A program made the translations under genes and the position numbers. DNA of 64,000 nucleotides from Bacteroidia bacterium (GTDB lineage Bacteria; Bacteroidota; Bacteroidia; AKYH767-A; OLB10): contig JBAOIA010000012.1 of NCBI GenBank assembly GCA_037045145.1, forward strand, positions 235,210 to 299,209, given 5' to 3'. Positions within the stretch are counted from its first letter, which is position 1. Every line of letters begins with the position of its first letter. Shown here one piece after another: positions 10,748 to 20,271 of the stretch. Under the pieces are notes generated by a model, which was not told the DNA's origin, did not search any database, and saw only the letters and a program-made list of their open reading frames with translations.

Positions 10748-12083
10748 AACCGTTCTTCTCTTCATGGTATTCATTATACCCTCGCAGTTGTATTCTCAAA
10801 AATCCGATACTGTCATAGATCAGATAATCGGTATTGTTGGAAATAAAATCATTCTGCAATCCGACCTTGAGGCTCAATACCAACAGTATCTTGCGCAAGG
10901 ACATTACAAAGATGAGGCTGCAAAATGTGATGTACTCGATCAGTTGCTGCTTACCAAATTACTTATTCACTATGCAAATATTGACAGTGTTACAGTGAGT
11001 GATGCGCAGGTTGAAGGCGAAATTGAAAAGCGAATTGCCTATTTTACAGAACAATTTAACGGCTCAACAGAAAAACTGGAAGAGTACTATCAGAAGTCTG
11101 TTCCTGAAATTAAAGACGAATTTCGTCCTTTAGTAAAAGAACAATTGCTGGCTCAAACCATGCAACAAAAAATAATAGGAAAAGCATCTGCATCACCTGC
11201 TGATGTAAAAGCATACTTCAATTCCATACCCAAAGACAGCCTGCCTTACATTAACTCCGAATTGGAATACGGAGAAATTGCATTTAAGATTGCTGTCTCC
11301 GATGAAGAAAAAAGTAAAGTTAAAACAAGGCTTGAAGATATAAGAACCCGTTTGTTAAAAGGAGAGGATTTTGCAACACTTGCAATTCTTTATTCGCAGG
11401 ATGCAGGCTCTGCAAAGAATGGCGGAGAATTGGGTTATGTGCCCAGAGGGCAGTTTGTTCCGGAGTTTGAAGCTGTGGCCTATAAATTGAAAAAAGGTGA
11501 AATTTCACCAATCATTGAAACAAAATTTGGCTATCACGTGGTACAATTAATTGATCGCAGAGGAGAAACAATCAATGTACGTCACATATTACTGAAACCA
11601 GAAGTTAGTAATAGTGATTTGTTAGCTACAAAAGCTAAGGCAGATAGTATTGCTTTTGACATCAGAAGTGGTAAAATGAAATTTGAAGATGCAGCAATAC
11701 AATTCTCAGATGCAGAAGATTCAAAAAACAATGGCGGCAATGTGGTTAACCCGGCAACAGGTAATACCCGTTTTGAAGCCAATCAGGTAGATGCCATGGT
11801 GTTTTTTCAGCTTGACAAACTAAAAGAAGGCGAAGTAAGCAACCCTGCATTAATCACATCACGCGATGGAGCACAGTATTATAAAATATTTCTGCTTAAA
11901 AAACGCACACAACCACACGTTGCTAATCTTACAGACGACTATCAACGTATTCAGCAGGCTGCATTAAGCCATAAACAAGCTAAGTTGATGGATGACTGGA
12001 TAGTGAGAAAGCGGAAATCAACCTACGTAAGAATTGACCCTGAATTCAGTCATTGCGAAGAAATAAAAAAATGGTCTAACTAA
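10725..12083 (+). CDS. SurA-like peptidyl-prolyl isomerase
   Basis: Signal peptide MTLKYINRTVLLFMVFIIPSQLYSQ. The parvulin domain carries GGELGYV...FGYHVVQLIDRR. The ATG at 10725 is preferred over 10704. Confidence 0.75.
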   Translation: MTLKYINRTVLLFMVFIIPSQLYSQKSDTVIDQIIGIVGNKIILQSDLEAQYQQYLAQGHYKDEAAKCDVLDQLLLTKLLIHYANIDSVTVSDAQVEGEIEKRIAYFTEQFNGSTEKLEEYYQKSVPEIKDEFRPLVKEQLLAQTMQQKIIGKASASPADVKAYFNSIPKDSLPYINSELEYGEIAFKIAVSDEEKSKVKTRLEDIRTRLLKGEDFATLAILYSQDAGSAKNGGELGYVPRGQFVPEFEAVAYKLKKGEISPIIETKFGYHVVQLIDRRGETINVRHILLKPEVSNSDLLATKAKADSIAFDIRSGKMKFEDAAIQFSDAEDSKNNGGNVVNPATGNTRFEANQVDAMVFFQLDKLKEGEVSNPALITSRDGAQYYKIFLLKKRTQPHVANLTDDYQRIQQAALSHKQAKLMDDWIVRKRKSTYVRIDPEFSHCEEIKKWSN

Positions 12084-12101
12084 CACAAAAAATAATTCAA
12101 A

Positions 12102-13070
12102 ATGAATCAACACTATACTTCAGATGTTGAAGCAATAAAAGGTTTAGTCAACAGTTATCAGAAACTCCGAACAGAGATTGGAAAAGTAATTGTCGGTCAG
12201 GATGAGGTGGTACGCGATGTGCTTATTTCTATTTTCAGCAAAGGACATTGCCTTCTTGTTGGTGTTCCCGGACTAGCAAAAACGCTGTTAGTAAACACTA
12301 TATCACAGGCATTAGGCCTTTCATTCAGCCGCATTCAGTTTACACCCGACTTAATGCCAAGTGACATTACAGGTATAGAAATATTAGACGAAAACAGACA
12401 CTTTAAATTTATCAAAGGTCCTGTATTTGCCAATATAATTCTTGCCGATGAGATTAACCGTACCCCTCCAAAAACGCAGGCTGCACTTCTTGAGGCAATG
12501 CAGGAAAGGTCTGTAACCGTTTCCGGAAAACGTTATGAATTGCCTAATCCGTTTTTTGTATTGGCAACACAAAATCCCATCGAGCAGGAAGGCACCTATC
12601 CCCTTCCTGAAGCACAGCTCGACCGATTTATGTTTAATGTTTTTCTGGATTATCCTTCATTTGAAGAAGAAGTTCTGGTTGTAAAAAACACTACCGGTGA
12701 TAAAATTGGCAAAGTGGAAAAAGTACTGGAAGAAAATGAAATTATTTTTTTTCAGGAACTTATCCGCAAAATCCCTGTCCCCGACAATGTGTTGCATTAT
12801 GCAGTAGGTTTAACCGCCAAAACACGTCCGGGTTCGGAAAACAAATCTGCTATGATTAATGACTATGTTGCATGGGGAGCAGGTCCGCGTGCATCACAGT
12901 TTTTAGTAATAGGTGCTAAATGTCATGCAGCTATCAACGGTAAATTTTCTCCTGATATAGAAGATGTAAAAGCTGTTGCTGTTCCAATACTACGCCATCG
13001 TTTAGTTCGCAATTATAAGGCCGAAGCCGATGGTGTTTCTGTTGAGAAGATAATAGACAGTATCCTTTAG
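12102..13070 (+). CDS. moxR: MoxR-family AAA+ ATPase
   Basis: Walker A LLVGVPGLAKT, Walker B ILADEINR, ATQNPIEQEGTYPLPEAQLDRF. Confidence 0.9.
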   Translation: MNQHYTSDVEAIKGLVNSYQKLRTEIGKVIVGQDEVVRDVLISIFSKGHCLLVGVPGLAKTLLVNTISQALGLSFSRIQFTPDLMPSDITGIEILDENRHFKFIKGPVFANIILADEINRTPPKTQAALLEAMQERSVTVSGKRYELPNPFFVLATQNPIEQEGTYPLPEAQLDRFMFNVFLDYPSFEEEVLVVKNTTGDKIGKVEKVLEENEIIFFQELIRKIPVPDNVLHYAVGLTAKTRPGSENKSAMINDYVAWGAGPRASQFLVIGAKCHAAINGKFSPDIEDVKAVAVPILRHRLVRNYKAEADGVSVEKIIDSIL

Positions 13071-13218
13071 TTTTTATTTGTCAACCGCTTCTTCCGATTT
13101 TATTTTCTTCTGAAAGCATCAAATATTAAGGGCTAATTTATTTCAATTATCACCATGAATGGTGATAACTGATTGTTTCAAATATTATTAGTTTTACATG
13201 CTACTAAACTAATAAAAG

Positions 13219-14349
13219 ATGAGAACATTAAAATTGATAGGATACGGATTACTCATTACTATTTTTACATCTTGCGGCAGTGGTGAATCTTCCGTACAAG
13301 AAGCCGATGAAGGAAATGAATCAGGCACAACAACACATGCCTCAGGAAGAGGCTCCTCTGATAAAAATAACAATTGGGAAAAACTAATTGCATATGAGTT
13401 ACGCGATGCCAATGGAAATTTGCAATCTACCATACCAATGCCATCAACTTGGAAAATTAATAACTCAAGGCAAAATGGAGAACCCACCATTACAGGCCCC
13501 GGAGGAATTATGGTAAAGGACTATCCATTGCAGATGTTCAATTACCCATTTGATCAAAACACACAGTATATTTATAATCAAAGCGGGCAGCAGGTCAGAG
13601 ATTTTCCGGGAGTTGAACAATTCATTCAACAAGATTTAGTTCCGGTGTGCCGCAATCAGGGACTTACGTTTATAAAATATTATGAGTTGCCCGAAATAAC
13701 AAGAATTGATAAGTGGTATAGCGACCAATTATATCAGGCAATGCCAATGGATAAAAAAACTTTTGCAATTGGCACAGATTGGCAAACTTCTGATGGTAAC
13801 CCGTATTTTTTGTTGTTGCATTTCTCTATTAGCACTACAGAACAGCTTCGCATGTGGAGTTATTATGCTTCAGGGTTAGAAGCCGATAAAGACATTTTTG
13901 AAAAGGCCAAAAAACAGCTTTTATTTTCATTGGCCAATACCCGTTTCGAACTCGAACCCATTATGGCTTACAACAGATCGGAGGCAGAAAAAGCCGGTAG
14001 AAGTTGGGCACAGTTTAATGCAAGGATGGCACAAAATCAGGCAAATTTTGAAGCCTCACAGCGTGCACATATTAATAAAACCAATGCTATAAACGATGCC
14101 ATTATGAGTGGTTGGCGTGAAAGAAATGCTGCATCGGACAGAATGCAGGAACGAACCATTGATGGAATTTATGAAAGAACAAATGTCGTGGATGAAAGCG
14201 GACAGAAGTATAAAGTTGAAAGCGGTTACAATCAATATTGGATGAATAACGATGGCGAATATATCAGTACCGATAAAGTTGATTACAATCCTAACCTTGA
14301 CGACAACATGAATAATCAAAAATGGCAGGAGTTAAAAGAAATAAAATAG
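13219..14349 (+). CDS. hypothetical lipoprotein
   Basis: 376-aa ORF with lipobox FTSCGSG and no recognisable catalytic motif. Confidence 0.5.
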   Translation: MRTLKLIGYGLLITIFTSCGSGESSVQEADEGNESGTTTHASGRGSSDKNNNWEKLIAYELRDANGNLQSTIPMPSTWKINNSRQNGEPTITGPGGIMVKDYPLQMFNYPFDQNTQYIYNQSGQQVRDFPGVEQFIQQDLVPVCRNQGLTFIKYYELPEITRIDKWYSDQLYQAMPMDKKTFAIGTDWQTSDGNPYFLLLHFSISTTEQLRMWSYYASGLEADKDIFEKAKKQLLFSLANTRFELEPIMAYNRSEAEKAGRSWAQFNARMAQNQANFEASQRAHINKTNAINDAIMSGWRERNAASDRMQERTIDGIYERTNVVDESGQKYKVESGYNQYWMNNDGEYISTDKVDYNPNLDDNMNNQKWQELKEIK

Positions 14350-14810
14350 TCGCCTCCCTCCAATTCTTTTAAAATCTTTTTATCACTTTTTAACTAATCT
14401 ATGTGGCATCTGCATCACAAAGCCAAGTCTTCTTTACAATAAATACTAATCTTAAATTTGTGTGTACAACGTTTATAAAAAATCAGATACCGTATTTTAA
14501 CTTTAAGAGATAGAATTTTTGGCAATAGTTTTATTTTGAATAAGAATGCATCTTATTAAATATTATGTAGATTGAATGATTGAGAAATATATTGCAGTAA
14601 AATTGATGGCTGAAATGTTTTTTATTGCAAAAACAAATTTATCAGCATAGGAATAAAACACCATTCTCTTCTGGTTAAACATAACAACTAAAGTTGTACT
14701 GCAGTTGCTCTTTAGAAGTATAATAAAAACCTTATTACGATAAAAACCTGCAATATATTTTAGAACTTAAAAGCAAGATGATGAGGTATAATCACAATCA
14801 CAACCATTTG

Positions 14811-14841
14811 TTTGTAAAACTTAAACACTTATGTATATTTG
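14811..14841 (+). promoter_or_regulatory. putative sigma-A promoter (TTTG-N19-TAtaTTTG) for the DUF2130 gene
   Basis: TTTG at 14811-14814 and TATATTTG at 14834-14841, about 50 nt upstream of the ATG at 14894. Confidence 0.45.
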
Positions 14842-14893
14842 TGAGTTAGCACCCATTTTTAGAAAACACCAAAACAAATAAGCGTATAAAAAA

Positions 14894-16153
14894 ATGAACG
14901 AAATTATTTGCCCAAACTGTAAGAAGGCTTTCAAGGTAGATGAAGCAGGTTTTGCTGACATACTGAAACAAGTAAGAGACCATGAATTTGAAGAAGAGCT
15001 TCAAAAGCGACTAAACCTTGCTGAACAGGACAAAGAGAATGCAGTCAAACTTGCTGATGCAAAACATAAAAATGTGCTGCAAGAAAAACTTGCATTGAAA
15101 GATAAAGAACTGGAAAAGTTGAAAGCAGACAATGCTCTTGAACTTGCCAAAAAAGACACAGCAATTGCAGAACTGAAAACCAAGAGTAGTAATGCTGACA
15201 TCGAGAAAAAACTTAGTGTTGCTGAAGCAGTAAAAAAGATTGAAAAAGAAAGAGATGACTTAGCTAATAATTTAAAGAATAAAGACACTGAGAAGCAACT
15301 ACTGGAAAAGTCATTAAACGAAAAACATTCTGCTGAACTTAAAACAAAAGATGAAATCATTAAACTGAAAGATGAGGAAATTGCTCTTCGTAAAGATATG
15401 AAGCAAAAACTTTCAACTAAAATGGTTGGAGAAACACTTGAACAACATTGTGAAGTTGAGTTTAATAAACTTCGTGCGACAGCCTTTCAAAAATCCTATT
15501 TTGAAAAAGACAACGACTCAAGTTCAGGAACCAAAGGCGACTATATCTTTAGAGAAACTGATGAAGAAAATAATGAAGTGATTTCAATCATGTTTGAGAT
15601 GAAAAATGAGGGCGATGAAACTACCAATAAAAAGAGAAATGAAGATTTTTTTGACAAACTTGATAAAGACCGTTTAAAAAAGAATTGTGAGTATGCCGTT
15701 TTAGTAACACTATTAGAGGCAGACAACGAACTCTATAATTCAGGAATTGTTGACGTATCACACAAGTATCCTAAAATGTATGTTATACGACCACAGTTTT
15801 TCATACCAATTATCACCTTCCTCAGGAATGCAGCAATGAACTCTTTACACTATAAAGCTGAACTTAATAGAGTAAGAAATCAAAATTTAGACATTACGAA
15901 TTTTGAGGAAAAGTTAAACAAATTCAGAGACGGCTTTTCTAAGAATTATCTCTCAGCACAAAGTCATTTTCAAGAAGCAATAAAAAAAATTGATGCTTCA
16001 ATAGCTGCCATGAACAAAGTTAAAGAAGAACTTACAACAAGCGAAAACCAATTACGGTTGGCAAATGACAAAGCAGACGATTTGACTATTAAAAAGTTGA
16101 CGCATGGTAACCCTACAATGAAGGCAAAGTTTAACGAACTGAAATCTAAATGA
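14894..16153 (+). CDS. DUF2130-family protein (zinc-ribbon, long coiled coil, PD-(D/E)xK-like C-terminal region; RmuC-like architecture)
   Basis: The N-terminus is CPNCKKAF. An approximately 170-aa K/E-rich coiled coil follows, then GDYIF...IMFEMKNE, which resembles a D...ExK nuclease motif. Confidence 0.65.
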   Translation: MNEIICPNCKKAFKVDEAGFADILKQVRDHEFEEELQKRLNLAEQDKENAVKLADAKHKNVLQEKLALKDKELEKLKADNALELAKKDTAIAELKTKSSNADIEKKLSVAEAVKKIEKERDDLANNLKNKDTEKQLLEKSLNEKHSAELKTKDEIIKLKDEEIALRKDMKQKLSTKMVGETLEQHCEVEFNKLRATAFQKSYFEKDNDSSSGTKGDYIFRETDEENNEVISIMFEMKNEGDETTNKKRNEDFFDKLDKDRLKKNCEYAVLVTLLEADNELYNSGIVDVSHKYPKMYVIRPQFFIPIITFLRNAAMNSLHYKAELNRVRNQNLDITNFEEKLNKFRDGFSKNYLSAQSHFQEAIKKIDASIAAMNKVKEELTTSENQLRLANDKADDLTIKKLTHGNPTMKAKFNELKSK

Positions 16154-16212
16154 TGAAAGATTTAATACAAGTGGTAACATTATGTTCCTACTCAAATCAT
16201 TTAAATCCTGAT

Positions 16213-16447
16213 TCAGGCAGATTATGTCACTTTGAGCCCAAAAGCGTTTAGGGGGGAGTTATAAAACCAGAACAGGTTTGTCCCTGATGGAGTCATATAT
16301 TTATAGAACAAAACATTATCTACCAACCTGCGACCCCAAAGGGGTCCAACAAAGTGAAAATAAAAAATATGCAACTGCAACAAATCAAGCTGGTCAATAA
16401 AGGTTTCGATAATCCGTATTGCGATATCGTTGTCAACTTGTTACACT
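16213..16447 (-). pseudogene. possible N-terminal remnant of an IS5/IS1182-type (DUF772) transposase
   Basis: The minus-strand translation IRIIETFIDQLDLLQL...GPLWGRRLVDNVLFYKYM resembles the conserved (V/I)RxIxxFVDxLDL...GRPxYxPxxLFK N-terminus of these transposases. There is no start codon and the rest of the gene is absent. Confidence 0.3.
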
Positions 16448-16644
16448 AAAACACGCTACCACAATCTTATGCCAATCTGTTGGTACTATGTAATCCATAT
16501 TTCAAACTTAATCCAATTGACCTTTACTATTTTCTGTTTTTATCATTAGTTGAGATATTTGCGCCTTTTGTTAATATTGTATATTTTCACAGTCTATCGT
16601 TACTTACTATACAAATCAACCATCTGCCAAACAATAATGTCTGA

Positions 16645-17730
16645 ATGAGAAAAATCAGAAAACTTTATCAATGGACAACCTCAATCCCTGTGTTAGCTTG
16701 TCTATTGTATTTATCCGGACTTTTAGACAATAACCTTGTTTTTCAAACAATAGCCGGCATACTATTAATATTTTGTGTGATGTCAGCAGTACATCACTCT
16801 GAAATTATTGCGCACCGTGTAGGAGAGCCTTATGGAACTATAATTTTAGCTGTTTCAATTACAATTATTGAAGTAGCCATTATTGTTTCTTTAATGACAA
16901 CAGGAGGCAAAGATTATGCAGCATTTGCTAGAGACACCGTTTATGCCGCAGTGATGCTTATTCTAAATGGAATTGTTGGATTATGTTTGTTTATCGGAGG
17001 ACGAAAGTTTCATACACAAACTTTCTCTCCACATTCTGTGAAAATTGCTCTGATTTCTCTTGTATCTATCGTTGCATTTACTATGATACTTCCAACCTTT
17101 ACCAATAGTGAAGTTGGACCATACTACACTGAAACACAATTGCTTTTTGAAATTTTCGCATGTTTGGCAATTTATACAGCATTTATATCTGCACAGACAA
17201 TTAGACATAGGGAGTATTTTATTTCTGATGACACCGATATTAAAAATAATGAAAAGAAGGTAAATCTTATTTCAAACACATCTCTTGTTATTAGCTTAGT
17301 GTTCTTGCTTATCAGTTTAACCATAGTAGTTCTACTTGCAAAAATCTTATCAATACCTATTGAACAGTTAATAGTCAGTCAAGGGTTACCCAAAAGTTTA
17401 GTAGGAATAATTATCGCTGCAATAATTTTGTTGCCAGAAGGGATTGCCGCAGTGAGTGCCGCAAAAAACAACAAATTGCAAACCAGTCTTAATTTATCAT
17501 TAGGCTCTGCCTTAGCCAGCATTGGACTAACCATTCCTGCAGTTTCAGTGGCAAGTTATATCTATGATTTTCCTATTGTTTTAGGATTAGATATTTTATC
17601 CATCATACTCTTGGTAATATCAATATTTACTGTGATGCTCTCACTTATTGGCGGTAGAAGTAATGCAGTTTATGGTGTAGTTCTGTTGGTAAACCTTGTT
17701 GCATATATATTTTTGACAATCAATCCTTGA
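16645..17730 (+). CDS. calcium:proton antiporter (CaCA/ChaA family)
   Basis: 361 aa with about 11 TM segments. It has two alpha-repeat-like regions (GNxxE-like ...TIIEVAIIVS and LLPEGIAAVSAA). Confidence 0.65.
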   Translation: MRKIRKLYQWTTSIPVLACLLYLSGLLDNNLVFQTIAGILLIFCVMSAVHHSEIIAHRVGEPYGTIILAVSITIIEVAIIVSLMTTGGKDYAAFARDTVYAAVMLILNGIVGLCLFIGGRKFHTQTFSPHSVKIALISLVSIVAFTMILPTFTNSEVGPYYTETQLLFEIFACLAIYTAFISAQTIRHREYFISDDTDIKNNEKKVNLISNTSLVISLVFLLISLTIVVLLAKILSIPIEQLIVSQGLPKSLVGIIIAAIILLPEGIAAVSAAKNNKLQTSLNLSLGSALASIGLTIPAVSVASYIYDFPIVLGLDILSIILLVISIFTVMLSLIGGRSNAVYGVVLLVNLVAYIFLTINP

Positions 17731-17768
17731 AGTTAAGTATATTGTCTTACATTATTGGACATACAAAT

Positions 17769-18262
17769 ATGGCAGTAACCAATAATACAGATGACCGACA
17801 AAACAGTTTTTACATGATTGGTGTAAGTATTCTGACTTTGTTTTACCAACAATTGATTTTATTGGCGAGAACTTAATAACTGACACCACTCTTACATTTG
17901 ATTTATTCAGCAAATCGTTCATTTGCTCAGCAGCTGGGCTTCGCTTATTTTTAGCCGGTATAAAACAGGTAAAGAGACCTGAATTTACTGCAAAACAAAT
18001 TTCCCACCTCTACAGCCCCGATAGTTCTCCAATCCTTCGTGAATTAGGGTTTGCTAACATTTGTTTAGGACTTGTAGCTATAATTTCCTTTTTTAAACCA
18101 GAATGAAGAATTGTAAGTTCGTTTGCAAGTGGACTACATTATGGTATTGCAGAAGTTCATCACGGACTTAAAAAAACTTTAGGTATAAATGAAAAATTTG
18201 CCTTCTGGACTGACATAATAATTTTCGTTTTCCTTTTAGTCTTTTTCGAAAGAACTGTGTGA
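17769..18262 (+). pseudogene. disrupted small membrane-protein gene (frameshift plus in-frame TGA)
   Basis: No ORF of 60 aa or more lies here. Reading ...LGFANICLGLVAIISFFKPE*RIVSSFASGLHYGIAEVHH...IIIFVFLLVFFERTV shows an otherwise continuous hydrophobic protein interrupted by TGA at 18104-18106. The upstream part (MAVTNNTDD...) is in another frame. Confidence 0.45.
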
Positions 18263-18490
18263 ATAAAACAAAAATTGGTAAAACAAAGAATAGCAGTTCA
18301 ATTGGACAAAATGTAACAAATTACAAACAGAGAATCCATTTGAATAAAATGACATTTAATAAAACTATGCCGAATAGATAAAAGCCGTGAGGTAACAGAA
18401 CTTCAAATTAGAATCCTCGAAAAAGTGGACAAAAAACAATTGATTCATAAAGGAATTCCTGAAACAACTACTAGAGAATCTATAAAACAA

Positions 18491-19441
18491 CTATTTTGCA
18501 AAAAGTGAATCAACAAAACTGACTCTATCAAAAGCCTGAAGGTCTGTCATCTTCTCTCCCACTCCAATATATTTTACCGGAATTTTAAACTCATCAGAAA
18601 TACCAATCACTACACCACCTTTTGCAGTACCGTCTAATTTTGTTAATGCAAGTGCATTTACTTCTGTTGCTGCTGTAAACTGTCTAGCCTGTTCAATAGC
18701 ATTCTGACCGGTTGAAGCATCAAGCACCAACAATATTTCATGAGGTGCATCAGGCACAACTTTTTGCATAACACGTTTAATTTTAGTCAACTCATTCATG
18801 AGGTTAACTTTATTATGCAGGCGTCCAGCAGTATCAATAATTACTACATCGCTGTTCTGCGCAACACCTGACTTTACAGTATCGAATGCAACAGATGCAG
18901 GGTCGGCATTCATTCCCTGCGACACTATAGGCACCTGAACTCTGTCGGCCCAAATATTTAATTGATCTACTGCAGCGGCACGAAAAGTGTCCGCAGCACC
19001 CAACAACACATTTTTTCCTGACTGTTTAAACTGATAGGCTAATTTACCAATGGTAGTTGTCTTACCCACTCCATTCACACCAACCACCATAATAATATAT
19101 GGCTTTTTACTTTCGTCAATAAGATTTGCAACAGTAGCTGATTTATTTTCGGCAAGTAGTGCAGCTATTTCTTCCTTTAAAATGTTATTTAGCTGATCGG
19201 TTCCTACATATTTATCACGTGCTACCCTATCCTGAATACGTTTTACAATTTTCAAGGTTGTATCCACACCAACATCAGACGACACTAAAATTTCCTCCAC
19301 ATTATCGAGCACTTCATCGTCAACTGTTGACTTACCAATTACTGCTTTGGTAATTTTTGTAAAAAAATTTTCACGAGTTTTATTTAATCCGCTCTCAAGT
19401 GATTCTTTATCTTTTTTCGAAAACAGTCCGAAAAATCCCAT
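18491..19441 (-). CDS. ftsY: signal recognition particle receptor FtsY
   Basis: GVNGVGKTTTIGKLA, DTAGRL, LTKLDGTAKGG. Confidence 0.92.
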   Translation of the reverse strand: MGFFGLFSKKDKESLESGLNKTRENFFTKITKAVIGKSTVDDEVLDNVEEILVSSDVGVDTTLKIVKRIQDRVARDKYVGTDQLNNILKEEIAALLAENKSATVANLIDESKKPYIIMVVGVNGVGKTTTIGKLAYQFKQSGKNVLLGAADTFRAAAVDQLNIWADRVQVPIVSQGMNADPASVAFDTVKSGVAQNSDVVIIDTAGRLHNKVNLMNELTKIKRVMQKVVPDAPHEILLVLDASTGQNAIEQARQFTAATEVNALALTKLDGTAKGGVVIGISDEFKIPVKYIGVGEKMTDLQAFDRVSFVDSLFAK

Positions 19442-19469
19442 AGTCTGATTCTTTTTGTTATAGTATTAA

Positions 19470-19505
19470 AACAAAAACAGCCTTCTTCCTGAGGGAAGAA
19501 AGCTG
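19470..19505 (-). terminator. intrinsic terminator after rpmB-rpmG-DUF4295
   Basis: On the minus strand CAGCTTTCTTCCCTCAGGAAGAAGGCTG forms a stem with one mismatch and is followed by TTTTTGTTTT. Confidence 0.6.
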
Positions 19506-19524
19506 TCATTCGGTCTCATAAATA

Positions 19525-19677
19525 TTATTTCTCTTTCAAAAAATCTTTTACGTGATCGTTATGCACAATCTCTTCTTTGAATGAATAGGCTCCATTGGCA
19601 CCTTTCACCATTTTAATCACCTTGGAAAACTCTTTTCCTTTACCGGTTTTAAGTGTTGCAACTACTTTCTTAGCCAT
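19525..19677 (-). CDS. DUF4295-family small protein
   Basis: A 50-aa ORF below the ORF-track cutoff: MAKKVVATLKTGKGKEFSKVIKMVKGANGAYSFKEEIVHNDHVKDFLKEK. It occupies the conserved position between rpmG and ftsY in Bacteroidota. Confidence 0.7.
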   Translation of the reverse strand: MAKKVVATLKTGKGKEFSKVIKMVKGANGAYSFKEEIVHNDHVKDFLKEK

Positions 19678-19694
19678 TTTATTTAAGCTTTAAA

Positions 19695-19877
19695 TTATTT
19701 AATTTCTTTATGAAGAGTAACTTTTTTAAGAATGGGGTTGTATTTCTTCAACTCCAAACGCTCTGTAGTGTTCTTCTTGTTTTTTGTTGTGATATAACGT
19801 GATGTTCCTGGCATACCACTGTTCTTGTGCTCTGTGCACTCCATGATTACCTGAACTCTGTTTCCTTTTTTTGCCAT
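19695..19877 (-). CDS. rpmG: 50S ribosomal protein L33
   Basis: 60 aa, [18 protein letters not shown]... Confidence 0.92.
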   Translation of the reverse strand: MAKKGNRVQVIMECTEHKNSGMPGTSRYITTKNKKNTTERLELKKYNPILKKVTLHKEIK

Positions 19878-19889
19878 GATGCTAAAAGA

Positions 19890-20123
19890 TTAAATGTGTC
19901 CTTTTTTTATCAGACTGTTTATACAGGCTGAAATTCCTTTTTTATTGATGGTGCGGATAGCAGAAGCTGAAACTTTTAAAGTTACCCACTCGCCCGTTTC
20001 CGGAATAAAAAACTTTTTAGTTTGCAAATTCGGATTAAATCTGCGCTTCGTTTTACGATTGGAAAAAGAAATATTGTTTCCTACAATACTTGTCTTTCCG
20101 GTCAAATCACATATACGGGACAT
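19890..20123 (-). CDS. rpmB: 50S ribosomal protein L28
   Basis: 77 aa, MSRICDLTGK...SNRKTKRRFNPNLQ. Confidence 0.92.
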   Translation of the reverse strand: MSRICDLTGKTSIVGNNISFSNRKTKRRFNPNLQTKKFFIPETGEWVTLKVSASAIRTINKKGISACINSLIKKGHI

Positions 20124-20149
20124 AACTACTCAATTTTATTAAGGGAGTG

Positions 20150-20180
20150 CAAAAGTAATTATTTTTTGTTTAATGCCAAA
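20150..20180 (-). promoter_or_regulatory. putative sigma-A promoter (TTTG-N19-TActTTTG) for the rpmB operon
   Basis: Plus-strand CAAAAGTA (20150-20157) and CAAA (20177-20180) reverse-complement to TACTTTTG and TTTG with a 19-nt spacer, 27 nt upstream of the ATG. Confidence 0.5.
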
Positions 20181-20271
20181 TGCTTTTCATATTTTTTTAC
20201 TGTAACGTCTATTTCACTGTCTTGCTTTACAACTAATTACAAATCAATATTTTGCAAAATAAAACAAAACG

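Noticed and set aside
15001-15360. 119-aa minus-strand ORF rich in Ser/Phe/Leu opposite the DUF2130 coiled coil. Similar shadow ORFs occur at 2790..3272, 3348..3653, 21230..21520 and 25532..25827.
   Set aside because: The low-complexity translation is the mirror image of K/E-rich or otherwise well-supported coding sequence on the other strand.
16332-16346. Perfect hairpin GACCCC-AAA-GGGGTC, at first taken for a solo REP-like element.
   Set aside because: It falls inside the putative transposase remnant, where it encodes GPLWGR on the minus strand in the conserved GRP region. It is unrelated to either RAYT-associated hairpin.
18104-18106. The in-frame TGA could indicate TGA=Trp recoding or selenocysteine.
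   Set aside because: Numerous well-defined genes in the window end with TGA at the expected C-terminus (rpoD at 6888-6890 and the RAYT at 40151-40153, for example). No SECIS-like context is seen and the same gene also has a frameshift, so a pseudogene is the simpler reading.
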